Below, in pieces: positions 37,689-50,119 of a stretch of 64,000 bases of DNA (its first letter is position 1; every line of letters begins with the position of its first letter). Below the pieces are notes generated by a model, which saw only the letters and a list, made by a program, of their open reading frames with translations, ran no database searches and was not told the DNA's origin. This DNA comes from Fistulifera solaris (lineage: Eukaryota), in assembly GCA_030295235.1 (NCBI GenBank), contig AP026153.1, positions 124,001-188,000 of the forward strand, read 5' to 3'. The position numbers and the translations under genes are program-made.

Positions 37689-38304
37689 TGAAGCGCTCAC
37701 GGGTTCCGCTCGTCATAGCCTGCCCAATTTTTTCATAGTTTAAAGCATAACGAATTAAGAGTAAAGAAATACTAGGCTTTCTTCAGATCTTTTGAGCGTT
37801 GATACTTCGAACTTCAGTAGACATTTCTATTCGATTACCCAAAGCGCTTTTCTTGCTCGGCTCTTGGAACACTCCACTTAGCGTATCCGTTTTTATCAAG
37901 GTTGAGCTGGAGGCGCAGTAAACTCGTGATCAAATGTGTCGATGTGTTATTACTCCGGAGTATTTCATTTTTCGTGACTGGATTTTTCAAGACTTTCTAA
38001 GTAACTTTACCAACGGATTGTTGGAGAGCATCGAGACAGTAGTTTGTACAAAACTGATGTATGCCTGATACTGTACCGTCTCCTAACGATGTTTTTTTTT
38101 ATATAGCAAGAAAATTCATCAGTACTGATACAATCTATCATTCAGACTAAGTGTAAAGTGTAGACTACGCAGCGCGCCGAGACTTCCATTTTCCATTTAT
38201 TTCTTTGAATTTAGCGATCGCTTTCACAAATTTTGACATCATTCTTTTTCTACAATCGCCACAACAAAGCTTCCATTCTCAGCAAAACAAAACCGATTTA
38301 AGCA

Positions 38305-39547
38305 ATGGAGATTAACGAAGCGAATCTGTTGAAGCTGAAGCAAGCGACGGGAGCGCTTAATGCACCGCCAATGCGCGCGTCGTCGCGTCGGTCTTCCTAT
38401 TCATCGTATTGGATGCCTACCTTTTCGGACGACGAAGACGAAAAGAAGTCTAACAAATTGAACTCATGGAAACCCGACAATCAAAAGGAGCGTAATTTGA
38501 GAGAATGGAACAACAAGGGTAGCTTTCAGAGTGCAAAGGATAGCATTCGTGGAAGTGGAAACTTCGATGGCCCTGAAAACATCCGACCGCAACGCTCCTT
38601 CGGCAACGAGCCTGATAATGACGAAGACCAGACAATTCTCACCAAGAGCAGTCGTCCGACAACAATTCACATTCCCAAGGACGCGCTTCGAGAACACCTG
38701 AACGACACGGCTACGTACCACACCAAAAAGACGATCGCCTCGGGTAAATCGTCAAACTCAAAAGTATCCAAGAACTCCAAGACATCGAAAACATCTCAGA
38801 CTTCTCATCAGATGTCCAAAGCTTCAGCCAATTACTCCAAGTCAGCTTCGACGCAGCAGATTGCGCTGTTCGGCGCCAACACGAAGACTGGGCACTGCTT
38901 TCTGCGCTTGGCATTGGACGCGGGCTACCGTGTCCGCACCATGGATGCGACCGACATTTCGCAATCATCTTTGCGTAAATGCAAGACAATGCAACACGCT
39001 CTGCGTAATGCTACATTTGTAGTTTGTTTTTGTCCCGACATTCTTCCAAAGCTCTATCCTTTGATGAAGAAAGAAGAGGGAATTCAGGTATTTCTGTACC
39101 AGGTCAGTTCCATGAGTAGTATTTTCGGTTGAAGTCGATGAAATGTGTTACTAACACCTTTCATTTTAGGCTTCCTCACTTTGCACGGATGTGAGCGGTG
39201 ATATTCCTATTCTTGCTAAGGTACTGAATGCCGTGTCGCAAGTTCGACGAAGAAAAGATCTGCACAACGATGCCGTAAATTTCATTGGCCGAGAGCACGG
39301 CATGTTAGCTCCTACACACGATGACGACAATGTCTCGGAAGAAAAGCTCCCGCATTTTTCTTTCATTGTGACCCGTCCCACCGTGTTGCTCAGAGACGGA
39401 CCTTCATCGCGCAAATTGGCACCCTCAAAATCGCAGCCTGGTCCTTTGCCTATTTCCTACATTGACTTGGCGGAATTTAGTCTGAATGCATTGCGGAACG
39501 AAAAGCTTTACAACACTTGTCCCTACGTTGTAGCCGATAGCTTCTGA
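38305..39547 (+). CDS. degenerate NAD(P)-binding (flavin/biliverdin reductase-like) domain with a Ser-rich N-terminal extension
   Basis: IALFGANTKTG...ALDAGYRVR, FLYQA, FIVTRP...LRDGPS, ISYIDLAEF and LYNTCPYV. Intron at 39103-39169. Confidence 0.7.
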
Positions 39548-39742
39548 GTCAAGAGTACCTTCCACCCTACGCGCCACAGCCTCATCTCATGTTTTCACCG
39601 CATGCACCCTCCAAACTACGACTATACCACGGCAGCGAAAGAGCATCAACAAAATATATACACAATTGCTCAGTACTAATCAAATTTATCAAACCTTTTA
39701 CTTTTTACGTAGTTTCACATCTTTCACAAATAATAGTGACGA

Positions 39743-40582
39743 TTACGTGCATGTCACGCTTACACCTTCCGTTGGTTTGGTGGCAGCGATTTGAACATTG
39801 ACAATGGTTCCGACGGACTGTGATACTTTGCAGCTCTCCTCCACTGACCCTGCTTGATTCGCAAAGCAAGTCTCCGTGGACGGCTGTGGAGGAACATTTC
39901 CTACATCACCAAACGCCACCCACAAGGACAAGTCTCCTCCTGCGACGGCGGCCGTCTTGCACTCCACTTCCTGACCACTTGCCACCGCAATACAATAGTT
40001 CTGAATCTCTCCAAAGGCCAAATCGAACGTATCACTAGCAACCCCCTTTGTGAGAGTGTCGCCACTGCATGCCGTGCTTCCATCCTGAACGCACATGATT
40101 TGGACACGGTTGGCCTGACTGTCGGAGCTGGCCACGTTAGCGACGATGGTATCGGTCGTGGAGGTGACCACGCACGCAATGCGACCATTTTTCTGATTGG
40201 CGACACAGAGTTCTGTGCCTTCGGCGTCTTTGATGGACAGGGTCAATTTGCCCAAATTGTTGCGACTCGTCACGGCACACTGTACAATGGCTTCCGGTTC
40301 CGAGTCGGTGTTGCCCTCCAACAATCCGCTCAAACAAAAGTTTTGAGAAGTTCCCGGATTCAGATCTAAGCGACGGCTACTAATAACGCCGTCTTGCAAC
40401 TGAATGCCTCCGAATTCGACACATTTCTCGGCTCTCCTTCCGCCATCACACAGATCTATTCGGGAAATCAAGGAAAAAATTTGCAAGTCACGGGGTTCCT
40501 CGACGATTTCGCCGGTGCTGCTTCGCGCCAAGAAGATGCTTGCCGTGATGGCCGTGGTAAGGATAGAAAGAGCACGATGCAT
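39743..40582 (-). CDS. secreted protein with two Cys-rich PPC (pre-peptidase C-terminal)-like domains
   Basis: Signal peptide and PRDLQ propeptide motif. The repeats LQDGV...DLNPGTSQNFCL and LTKGV...DLAFGEIQNYCI...VECKT..GDLSLWVAFG...EESC match the PPC pattern. Confidence 0.6.
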   Translation of the reverse strand: MHRALSILTTAITASIFLARSSTGEIVEEPRDLQIFSLISRIDLCDGGRRAEKCVEFGGIQLQDGVISSRRLDLNPGTSQNFCLSGLLEGNTDSEPEAIVQCAVTSRNNLGKLTLSIKDAEGTELCVANQKNGRIACVVTSTTDTIVANVASSDSQANRVQIMCVQDGSTACSGDTLTKGVASDTFDLAFGEIQNYCIAVASGQEVECKTAAVAGGDLSLWVAFGDVGNVPPQPSTETCFANQAGSVEESCKVSQSVGTIVNVQIAATKPTEGVSVTCT

Positions 40583-41058
40583 ATTGTTGTAATGTTAGGA
40601 TACAAGAAGCTCAATGGAGGAGTTTATTGCAGTGATTCAAGTTTACAAAATGTCGAGCCGACGAAGAAGCCCTTTTCCCTTTTCTCTTTCCGCTCGCTCA
40701 ATTTCTCAACGGCTGATCTCCATAACCATGAGGCCCTTTGTACAATAATGACTAAAAGAATATCACTATAAGCAAGAAAGTAAAAGAAACAGTTAACGCA
40801 TTTTGCTTTACCAGTACAGTTACAGTAGTATCGTGGTCATTTTAAGGGTCATTACTCTTCAACAATTTGTTGGAGTGTGCCAGGGGCCAGGGTGCCGTTG
40901 CACTTTTTATTTAACCTCAACCTTAAACCTATTGGAGCTTGTGTATGACTTTTTCGCTCGCACGACGACGCACGACGCGACGACGATAGAACAAACAACA
41001 GAGCACACAACGTCCTTTATGTTTCTTGTTGCATTGCGTATAGTAATATGATTCGACG

Positions 41059-42222
41059 ATGAATCGATTTTCACTTTGTCGACATTCGTTGTTTCTTTCA
41101 ATCTGCCTGCTGTTGTGGAATGGGAGCGCACAGTCGCAAAGTGTCACTCAAAAAACTACCACCTGGCCTATGCCTCGGTTCACCTTAAAGTTTATTGCCA
41201 TTGATGATGCCTTGAATCTGACCGAAACGGAATTTTACCTAAAATCAACATTAGAAATTCATCTACAAAATGATTTGATGAAATTCAAAGACTTGGCGGC
41301 GTTGTGGGAATTGGTCGAACTAGCACTACAAACGCCGTCGCTCGATCGTACGTTCCTGGGAAATGAATCGGGCATCCCGGTCTCGCTGTTGCGAACCGAT
41401 TGGAGTGGTTCGATGTTGATGACACTCAAAAATGACACGATTGACAATGAGTTGTTGTCGGAAGCCGATCGCACGGATCAGGCGCGGTGGACCGAAAGCG
41501 TTTACATGGCGTTGCAGGGCGAATCCTTGTTTGAACTGCTGCGCACGTGGGGCAATCATCCCGTCTTGCAAAATGTCATTGCCAAAGTACAAGTGGAAAA
41601 CGCGGATGGCACAATATTGGACGAAGCAAACATTGCCGATGCCTTTCCGCCGCCCCCGCCGCCTCCGAAAAAACGTCTTTTTACGAAGCAAAGTATTATT
41701 ATGACAGTCATTATTATGGCCGTCATGGCGGTAATCATGCTGTTGTGTTGGCTGTGCAAGAAACGACGGGCAAAGAAATTAGAAGAGAAGCAACGTCTCG
41801 AACGCCGCGAAAAGTGGAATAAATTGAAAGAACGCCGCGATCGAGAACGCGCCGAAAAGAAAGCGAAGGAACTGGCGCAACAACAACCCGGTACGGAAGA
41901 ATGGATGGATGAAATGACCAAGTCTTTAACCAGTATTCCTGTACGAGATACTTCGCATCTATCAAAACAAAGTTCGATGGGTAAATTGAATCGGCAATCG
42001 AGTTTGCATCGATCTGGAGATTTTTTACAAGGCAGTATGGATAGTTTATACGCCATTCCGGAATCGGAGGAGAGTTCCTCACAATTTACAACGCCCATGA
42101 CGAGTCCTATGTCGAGCCCACGGAAAAGACCCGTACTGCGATTCGACGAAGAAGATTTCAGCGTCGATGAAGGAGACGAGGATGAAGATGATTCTATCTC
42201 CGCAAACGCCATGTATATGTAA
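41059..42222 (+). CDS. type I single-pass membrane protein, unknown function
   Basis: Signal peptide, ectodomain, poly-Pro run, TM IIMTVIIMAVMAVIMLLCWLC, basic coiled coil and a Ser-rich/acidic tail. Confidence 0.75.
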   Translation: MNRFSLCRHSLFLSICLLLWNGSAQSQSVTQKTTTWPMPRFTLKFIAIDDALNLTETEFYLKSTLEIHLQNDLMKFKDLAALWELVELALQTPSLDRTFLGNESGIPVSLLRTDWSGSMLMTLKNDTIDNELLSEADRTDQARWTESVYMALQGESLFELLRTWGNHPVLQNVIAKVQVENADGTILDEANIADAFPPPPPPPKKRLFTKQSIIMTVIIMAVMAVIMLLCWLCKKRRAKKLEEKQRLERREKWNKLKERRDRERAEKKAKELAQQQPGTEEWMDEMTKSLTSIPVRDTSHLSKQSSMGKLNRQSSLHRSGDFLQGSMDSLYAIPESEESSSQFTTPMTSPMSSPRKRPVLRFDEEDFSVDEGDEDEDDSISANAMYM

Positions 42223-42347
42223 TGAATCCTATTTAGAAATGTAATATATGGAATAGTATTCCTAGATCTACCGTTACATTGGATTAAGTAGCTTATTAGC
42301 TCAGTTTGAAAGCGTGACTCTACTTATCAAAAAGAAAGAGCGCTCTC

Positions 42348-42644
42348 TTAGGCATCCAGTCCTTCAGCTTCCCACAAATCTTGTAAAATATCCACCATTT
42401 GCGGTAACGGCACCGGTTGTGGAAAAAATCGTGGCTCTGCCATTTGTGTATGAGTGAATATCACGTCAATGATTTCATCTACATTCAACGAAGTCGCTTG
42501 TCGTTGGGGCAGTTGCTCGGCGGTTTTCTTGTGGCACCATTGTTGTCGATTGCTTTCCCATAATTGTAGCCCTTTATTTTGAAAGCGATTTCTCTCTTCT
42601 CTGTCGTTACTTTGAATACTACTAGGACTGGCTGGTGAAGACAT
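42348..42644 (-). CDS. DUF4050 (Gag1-like clamp) small protein
   Basis: NKGLQLWESNRQQW and FPQPVPLPQMVDILQDLWEAEGL. Confidence 0.8.
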   Translation of the reverse strand: MSSPASPSSIQSNDREERNRFQNKGLQLWESNRQQWCHKKTAEQLPQRQATSLNVDEIIDVIFTHTQMAEPRFFPQPVPLPQMVDILQDLWEAEGLDA

Positions 42645-43044
42645 GTTGATAAATGGTACTCCGTATTTGAATGATTATGAAATGAAACACTTTGGTGAAA
42701 GATGAACGAGAAAGGCGGTCATCGCAGCGCGTGCGTCGCGACGGACTCTCCTTTTTATTGGACGTGCTGATGCGACAGTGCGTAGTCTCTAGTTGAAGAG
42801 AAGCTGATGCCGTTTTTCTCTCGCTACCAGTAGTTCGTGTTTCCTAAGCGACTATACGTAGATAAATTTACTTTAGTACCGGTGCGTTTCTCATCCCTCT
42901 CATTCATTTTTCGCTTTTATCGTTGACCATATTATGGCCTTCAAAAAAATGACAGGCGAAACATTCAACAGAACGCAAACGTAGTCCACGTACTAATGCG
43001 AGGTTTTTATCTTTTCTTGCTCGGATCTTTTTAGCGACGAAAGA

Positions 43045-44315
43045 ATGGAACGAAGGAAAGTTAACGGACAAATTTCGAGCAGTCGAAGGTTGCTTTCACG
43101 GCCGCCATGGCGGAGAGTACTTTATCGGTACCTCTCATGATCGTTCCTACGTTGCTTCATCTTTGGAAGACCTCCACCGCAATTCAAGACGCACGTACTA
43201 CTTGGCCGATCAACGACGGTAGTAACACCAACCGTACGTGTCTGCAACATCCCCCGTTGCGCGCCCATCAATCAAAATTGAATGATTTAAAGTCAACAAC
43301 CACCAATTACACTATTCTACAACAACCTACACCGCTTCGCTGCGGCAATTTACGGCGTTCCTGGACGAATGTGACATCCTTATCACCACTCGCGCAAGAG
43401 TTGCTCGAATGGCAAGCCGATTGTTCGATACCTACGGCTACATTTCATTTAGACAATTCGTTTGGATTCGGTTCGCATCTGTACTTGTTCAGTCAGGCAT
43501 TGTGCAATGCTATAGAGATGAAAATCAGAGTCCGTACAGTTCTAGTTGACGACGAACCGTGGTTGTGGTGGGATCAGTACCATTGTGGGCAAACTGATTC
43601 GAACAAGGCCATTGTACAGTCACCGTGGGATTGCTATTTTCCACTCGCCGAGCCATCGTGTCCTATTTCCTCGGTTTCGAATGTGAATATCACCAATCCA
43701 CGGAATCCTCGACTGCGATGTCAGCGTTTGCGGAACAACGAAACAGCGGTACAGGAATTTCGAGCCGCCACGATCGAATACCTGTTTCATGCAGTATCGC
43801 CATTGGTGCTTGAAGAAGCCTCCCGACAAATTGGTTTGCTCTTTCCCAACGGTCAAGCTCCACCCGATCTCATTACGGTGCACATTCGCTGGGGCGATAA
43901 GTTCTGGGAAATGGACCTGGTTCCCATTGCTGAATACATTCAAGCCGTCGAACAACTGGTCGCATCGTCAACGGATGTTCACATTTACTTGGCGACCGAA
44001 GATCCGCGGGCGACAGAAGAGTTTGTCACGAGCGCTCCTTTGCACTGGAACATTTACATCGACCGCACCTTGGTGGAATTGAAAGATGTTCGACCCAACA
44101 AAGGGAACCGCGCGTCGTGGATGACCAAGAATACTGAGGGACGTGCCGGTCTCATGAATGTAGCGAGTTGGTTAATCGCTTTGGAAGCTAATCGATTTGT
44201 GCTGACAACAGCTAGTAATTGGAGTCGAATCGTGAATGATTTACGCAAGAACGTGATTGATCCGCGGTGTGGCAATTGTACACAAGTGATTGACCTGCGG
44301 CCGGGTATCTGGTAA
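43045..44315 (+). CDS. GT23 / alpha-1,6-fucosyltransferase-like glycosyltransferase
   Basis: FGFGSHL, VHIRWGDK, IYLATED and LEANRFVLTTASNWSR. Likely start at 43045 with a T-run frameshift near 43122, which gives a type II TM anchor. Confidence 0.78.
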
Positions 44316-44632
44316 AGGGAAGCGTGTGCGGTGCCTTCGGCAAACCCTTCGTCGTAAGTATCATCAAAGCAAGCGGTCGATGTTTTAGTTATAGAATATA
44401 TAGAATAACGAAGAGAAGAGATAAAAATAGATCCCGTCACTGCATTTGCTGTGGATGCGTCTTTTGTTTCGTAAAAAAACTAAAATAGCCTTAACCTTAC
44501 CGATTTATGGTTTATTCTCATCGCATCGCAGAAAATAAACAAGATGATCGCATCGCGCTGAGCCGTTGTATTAAAAAGGATCGTTCTTTTGATATAATTC
44601 TACCACTTCTTTAAGCTTTGAATTACTTGACA

Positions 44633-45280
44633 ATGAAATTCCTTACTGCAACACCGCTATTGCTACTGGTCTCTTCAACTCATGCATTTACGGCTCCACG
44701 AAGCGTGCAACGATCCGTATCGCTCTATGCTGCCGAAGGCGAGGAGAAGGCCGTTGCCATGGTGTCTGGAGAAGATCTGGAATTGCTGCTGCAAAATATG
44801 GAACAGCCGTTGGTAGTAGATGCTTATGCAACTTGGTGGTACGTGACGAAAGTGTGGGGCGGCGTCGATCGCTTTGAACACCTTCAGGCTATTTGCATCG
44901 CGAACGCCCATTTTCTCGTTCTTGTGTTTCGTCGTCCCTCTGCACAATAATACAACGACAATGTATCTCAGTTTTCTCTCTTTCGTCCTCACAGTGGACC
45001 CTGCCTACTCATGGCACCCGAATTCGAGCAAGCCGCTCAAGAATTGAAAGGCAAGGTGAAATTCGTCAAACTCGATACCGATCAAGAAGAAGAAATGGCG
45101 TCGCGATTGAATATTATGGGCTTGCCGACGCTATTGTTTCTGGACAAGTACCAAGACGATGAGAATCCGGATGCACGAGCCGTATTGAAGGGTCGTATTG
45201 AAGGTGCTATGCAAAAGAAGAGTATTCTGGATTTGGTGGAACATTACTTTTTTGATGGACCGGCTCCGCAATTGTTTTGA
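44633..45280 (+). CDS. plastid-targeted thioredoxin, z-type-like
   Basis: THA-F presequence. DAYATWC|GPCLLMAPE (WCGPC split by the intron at 44839-44994), VKLDTDQE and GLPTLLF. Confidence 0.85.
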
Positions 45281-45359
45281 AACAATTTAAAAAACAGTAA
45301 AGACAAATGCTATCGATTCGAACTGAGCTTGTTTTCTAGCTCTGTAAAAATTTACTTGT

Positions 45360-46201
45360 CTATTTCGTTCCTGCGGCGAGACCTCCGTCAACCACCAAGT
45401 TGATGCCCGTTGTGTAGCTCGACTCGGAACTCAGCAAAAGGCAGTACTTTGCAATACTTCCTCCACAGAACCAACTCGTTGCATAGGCACCGCATTGATT
45501 TTAGCTTCTCCGACTTTTTCGGCTGTATCTGCATAATACGGAGGACCTAACTCGGCATGCAACGCGTTTTGCCGATCCCACATGTAACCCGGACCGATAA
45601 GCGCCGGTGAGATCGAATTGACCCGAATGTGAAAACGTGCCAGTTCCTTGGCAGCATTCACCGTCATGGTTAAAATAGCGGCTTTGCTACTCGCATACGC
45701 GATCATTCCTGGTGTACCACGCATTCCGGCGACAGATGCAGTATTTACAATCACACCGCCGCCTTGTTGCTTCATTTTTCGAGCAACCGCCTGCAAAACA
45801 ATAAACATACCAGTGACATTAATATTCATGACATTCGCAAAATCGATTGGATCATAATCTAAACATGATTGAATCTTTCCTTGATACCCAGCATTGTTCC
45901 ACAGCAGATCGATTCGACCAAATCGTTCTACAATACGCTCCACGACAGACGCCACCTGAGAGGCATTCGTCACGTCGCAAACAAATCCTTTGCTGTCGAA
46001 CTCGTCCGACAGCTCGGCAAACGTTCCTTCGAGACCTTCCGCATTCTGATCGAGGGCCGCAATCCGAGCTCCTCGTTCACCAAAGTACCGACATGCGGCC
46101 CGTCCGAATTGTCCGCCCGCGCCAGTGATCACCAGAACCTTCCCGACAAAGCGTTGGTCGGTAGCAACTTGTGATTGAGGATTTTGACATATTTTCTCCA
46201 T
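45360..46201 (-). CDS. short-chain dehydrogenase/reductase, xylitol/polyol dehydrogenase-like
   Basis: TGAGGQFG, NNAGYQG, IVNTASVAG, YASSK and SPALIGPGYMWDRQ. The C-terminus FLLSSESSYTTGINLVVDGG is restored by +1 T near 45438. Confidence 0.88.
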
Positions 46202-47065
46202 GTTCTATTGCATTGATTATTCAACAGACGTTGCAAATGAAAAGGAAAGAGGAAAATGCGGCCAATGCGGCGGGTTATTGTGGCATTTTTCATCGCTAAT
46301 TTTTCCATTCCCGTTTTGGGCGTCACCAAGTTTCTTCGCAGACACGGTTGTCGGATTGGCGATGACGTCGTTAGTGAGTCGTGCTTGATGGTGATTCGTG
46401 ATGTCGACATCAGCATGCAGCATCCAGTCTACCGTATGTAAGGTTACTTGTACGCCGTATGCCGTGCACCGCATACCGCATGCAGAAATCCGGAGCCCAG
46501 CATAAAGAATCATGTTCCTTATTGTACACTACGAAAGATACTCCACATCGATGTTGAAGATGGTCATCGCTAAAAAATCCGAAATCTTAGCCCCACTGGA
46601 AGAAAGCAGAGAACACCACGGAATGCCATCTGCTACTTTCTGTAACAGTCGACCGTTTGTTCTTTATGTAAAACGGTCGCCGTGTGCGGTCACGGACATA
46701 GTACTGTAAGGTTTAATGTAGCGACTCCGTCATTAAGCTTTTCATGTATATTATCACGTTTCGTATATAACCAAATGGAATCGATTGGACATTCTTATGC
46801 TAAGTGAGGTTTCTCTTCTTTTTAACCGCTATGGAAATTTCGTACTGTTTTGGATCTTGCTTTTTCGATGGCATGTTCTGCAAACCGCGAAAACATTGTT
46901 GACATCTACGATCTGCGCGGTGTTCTTTATCGAAAAAGCCGAAAATTCGATACGATCCATTAACAGTTCTTGACGTCTCGAAAGATCTTGATCGCTGTTG
47001 TGAAAGACTCTCCTTCACAACCCATTCTCATTCATTCATAACATTCAATTATAGAGACTACAAAG

Positions 47066-48694
47066 ATGACTTCATCCGTAAACAGCATGACGGCTGCCGG
47101 CTGGGACGACCAGATGGGCAGTGATGTCGAACAGTTGTTCTTCGTCACAAGCTACAGGTGAGTTCAACTTGGTTTTTGAGAACGCTTTTCTTTATCGCCA
47201 GTGAACGATCTTCTCATCAAGGTTGCCGTCTTCAGTGACTTTGATCGCCTCGCCCATGGACCCCGTGGAAGCCCCGCCAAGAAACCCATCTACGTGTATC
47301 GATTTCACTCCAACGATGGGAGCCTGGTGCTTCTCAACATTCAAGGAGACGCCAGTCAAGTTGTTAACCCGGCTTTTTCACGCTATCACCCTCGTCTCAA
47401 TGTCGTCTACACTTGCACGGAAGATATCGAAAACAACGGCAAAATCTTTGCGTACCAAGTCGGAGAACATGGTGAGTTGACGCAAATGGGCGAGCCCGTC
47501 GACGCCGGTGGCACCAGCACTTGTTATCTTACCATCGATAAGGCGTGCAAGCATATGCTTTGCGTCAACTACTGGAATAGTACTTTATGCGTTATTCCGA
47601 TCGACCCTGAAACAGGTGCCTTTACGGGCCCCATTCAAAGCATGTACGACCCAAAGGGAGGGATAGAAATGGTCGCTTGTGGACGCGTCAAGGGAGGTGT
47701 CAATCATTCAAATAACGATGGATCGACGATTCGAATGCGTCAAGCGGATCCGCACTCACATGCCCTTGTCCTTGACCCATTTGTCGGATGCGTTGCTTAC
47801 GTTCCTGACCTGGGCAAGGACTTGGTTCGTGAATTCTTCTATGACCCTGTTTTGGGAAACATTGAGCTGGAGTTGAATGTATTGCCTTCGGGAATGTGCA
47901 CCGGTATGCCCGATGGTCCTCGCTACCTGGAATTTCATCCTCGATACCCCATTTGCTACGTTATCAACGAATTGAGCTCCACCGTGGCCGTGTTTGAGGT
48001 CGATCGACGTTTGTTGCAAGAGTTGAAAGAGGCTTCCTCCCGCGGCGAGGACATGTCGAAATTCAAAGGTCGATCATCGCTTCGACTCATCCAGTCTATC
48101 AAGACTCTTCCTTCTGCGTTTCCTACGGACATGAACACCTGCGGCCGTATCTGCGTGCACAAGAGTGGCCGTTTCGTTGTCGTCAGTAACCGCGGACACC
48201 AGTCGATCGCGATCTTCCGCGTGAAAACAAAAGCGCCAAATACGGGAGAATTGAGTACGGTAGGATATTTCCACACGCGCGGGGAAACGCCTCGGCACTT
48301 TCAGTTTGATGCCAGTGGCCAGTATCTGTTGGTGGCCAACCAAGATACGGACTCGCTGACGGTATTCCATTTCAACTTGAGCAGCGGAGAGATTCGCTAC
48401 ACGGGCAATGAATACCGTGTCCCTTCTCCCAACTTTGTTTGCTGCTGCCCCACCTATTCCGAGAGTGAGCCGGAAGTCGTAGTCAACACTTCCTCTGCCA
48501 TGAACAAGCAAATCTCTGGGATCAGCGCCGATCTGAGCGACTCAGAGAGCTCGTGTGTCTCGAAAGGGCCAGATGACAATAAGAACTTGGCGCAAGCCTT
48601 GGAAAATGCGCAACGTGAAATAGCATACTTGAAGCAGCAGCTGTTGATGCAACAAGACCGAGCCATCATGGATGTGAACACGATCATCAATTAG
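47066..48694 (+). CDS. 6-phosphogluconolactonase / lactonase, YbhE (cycloisomerase 2) beta-propeller family
   Basis: NPAF, CVNYW, RQADPHSH, VPDLGKD, GPRYLEFHP, YVINELSSTV, SNRGHQSIA, GETPRHF and LLVANQD. Intron at 47158-47235. C-terminal coiled coil. Confidence 0.9.
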
Positions 48695-49052
48695 AGAGAG
48701 AGCGACCTACATTTAAATTGGAATTTGTTTAGTTAGAAGAAGGCAGTGATCCTTCTTTCATTTTAGTTAGTTTAGGATTTTCTTATCATTAAACATAGTT
48801 TTTACGTTTTTCAGTTCTCCCACCGTGACTGACTTTGCAACACTTTTGTCTATAGTAAAGTTTGTGGCCGCGAGATTCATTCGCTCACATGACGACGCGA
48901 CGCCGCACGCAAAAGAAAAATCGAATTTCTCGTTTCGGCGACCACCATGGACCATGGTCGTCATTCCTTTGCATTCTTTGATTGTTGCGGCTAACAATAC
49001 TAGAGTAAAATTGATTTTCGCTAGTTTGAATTAAGGGTAAAACATAGCAAAA

Positions 49053-49999
49053 ATGAAGTCTTATAGCGCGGCTATTTTGAGTCTGCTCGCCTTGCCGCAT
49101 GGCAGTGATTCCTTCACTCCTTCGATTCTTCATCTTCCCTCCCGCAATGCGCAACCATCCCTTCTGCACATGGCAAAAAGCAAAAGTCTCAACAAGCAGG
49201 CCGATTTGCGTCGTAAATTGGAACGTGTAAAACAGCAGAAGGAAGAAGAGATTGTGCAATCGGGCATCACTATCGAACTCACGGCGCAGGAAATCAAAGA
49301 TAGAAATGATCGATTGCGTTTCGAAGAATTGCTCAAAAAGAGGCAGGAAATGTTCTCAATGATTACGGATCCGACAGCTATCTGAGCAAGCAACAAGAAG
49401 AAGAAGAAATTACCGCTGCACGTAAGTAGACAAGGGTACGCGAGACTTTTTTGTGTGGTGAAGTCGGATTCTGAATACTCACTTTTTTCTTTTATTCAGG
49501 AAAAGGAGTCGACCGAATTTTTGAAGGAGACCCAGCACCCACCGAATGCTTTGAAGATCTTGTTTCGGTTCAAACGGGCACAGCTATAGGTGTCCCCGGC
49601 AAAAAGCAATTAGTTCCTTGGCTCAGCGACAAAGGCAACCCGTCGGACTACCTGATTATCGTCTCCGATCCGAGACCTCAATCATCCGAGTTACAAGAAA
49701 CGGTAAAACAATTTCAGTCAGACTTGCCCGAAGATCTGAAAAAACGACTCATCGTGATTAATGCGGATACACCTTCCGAAAACAAACGTTGGTTGAAAAA
49801 GACCAGCCTCGATGTTCGCGTGTACTCGGACGAAAAACTGTCTTGGATGCGTGCGTACACGGCTCTGGGCGAAAAACGATGGAGTATGACCATGTTCATT
49901 ATTGCAAATGAGCAAGTTCAAAAGCTGGCTCGAGAGATGGATCAGTATGGTGCTTCAAAGGCCATTTGCAACGCTGTGAAGACACTGGGCAACCGATAA
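49053..49999 (+). CDS. plastid-targeted protein with a C-terminal AhpC/PrxQ-like fold lacking the catalytic Cys
   Basis: SDS-F presequence and coiled coil, then LIVINADTPSENKRWLKK..VYSDEKLSWMRAY. Frameshift near 49338, intron at 49422-49499. Confidence 0.6.
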
Positions 50000-50119
50000 C
50001 TGGATCCTCTGCAATTGAGGAGTACGCAAACTACTAAGGCTACTAACACAAAATTATACACATTATCGTGTTTCGACATGAATGTTGTAGTAAAACGGAA
50101 CCATTAGCATCCATTTCTT

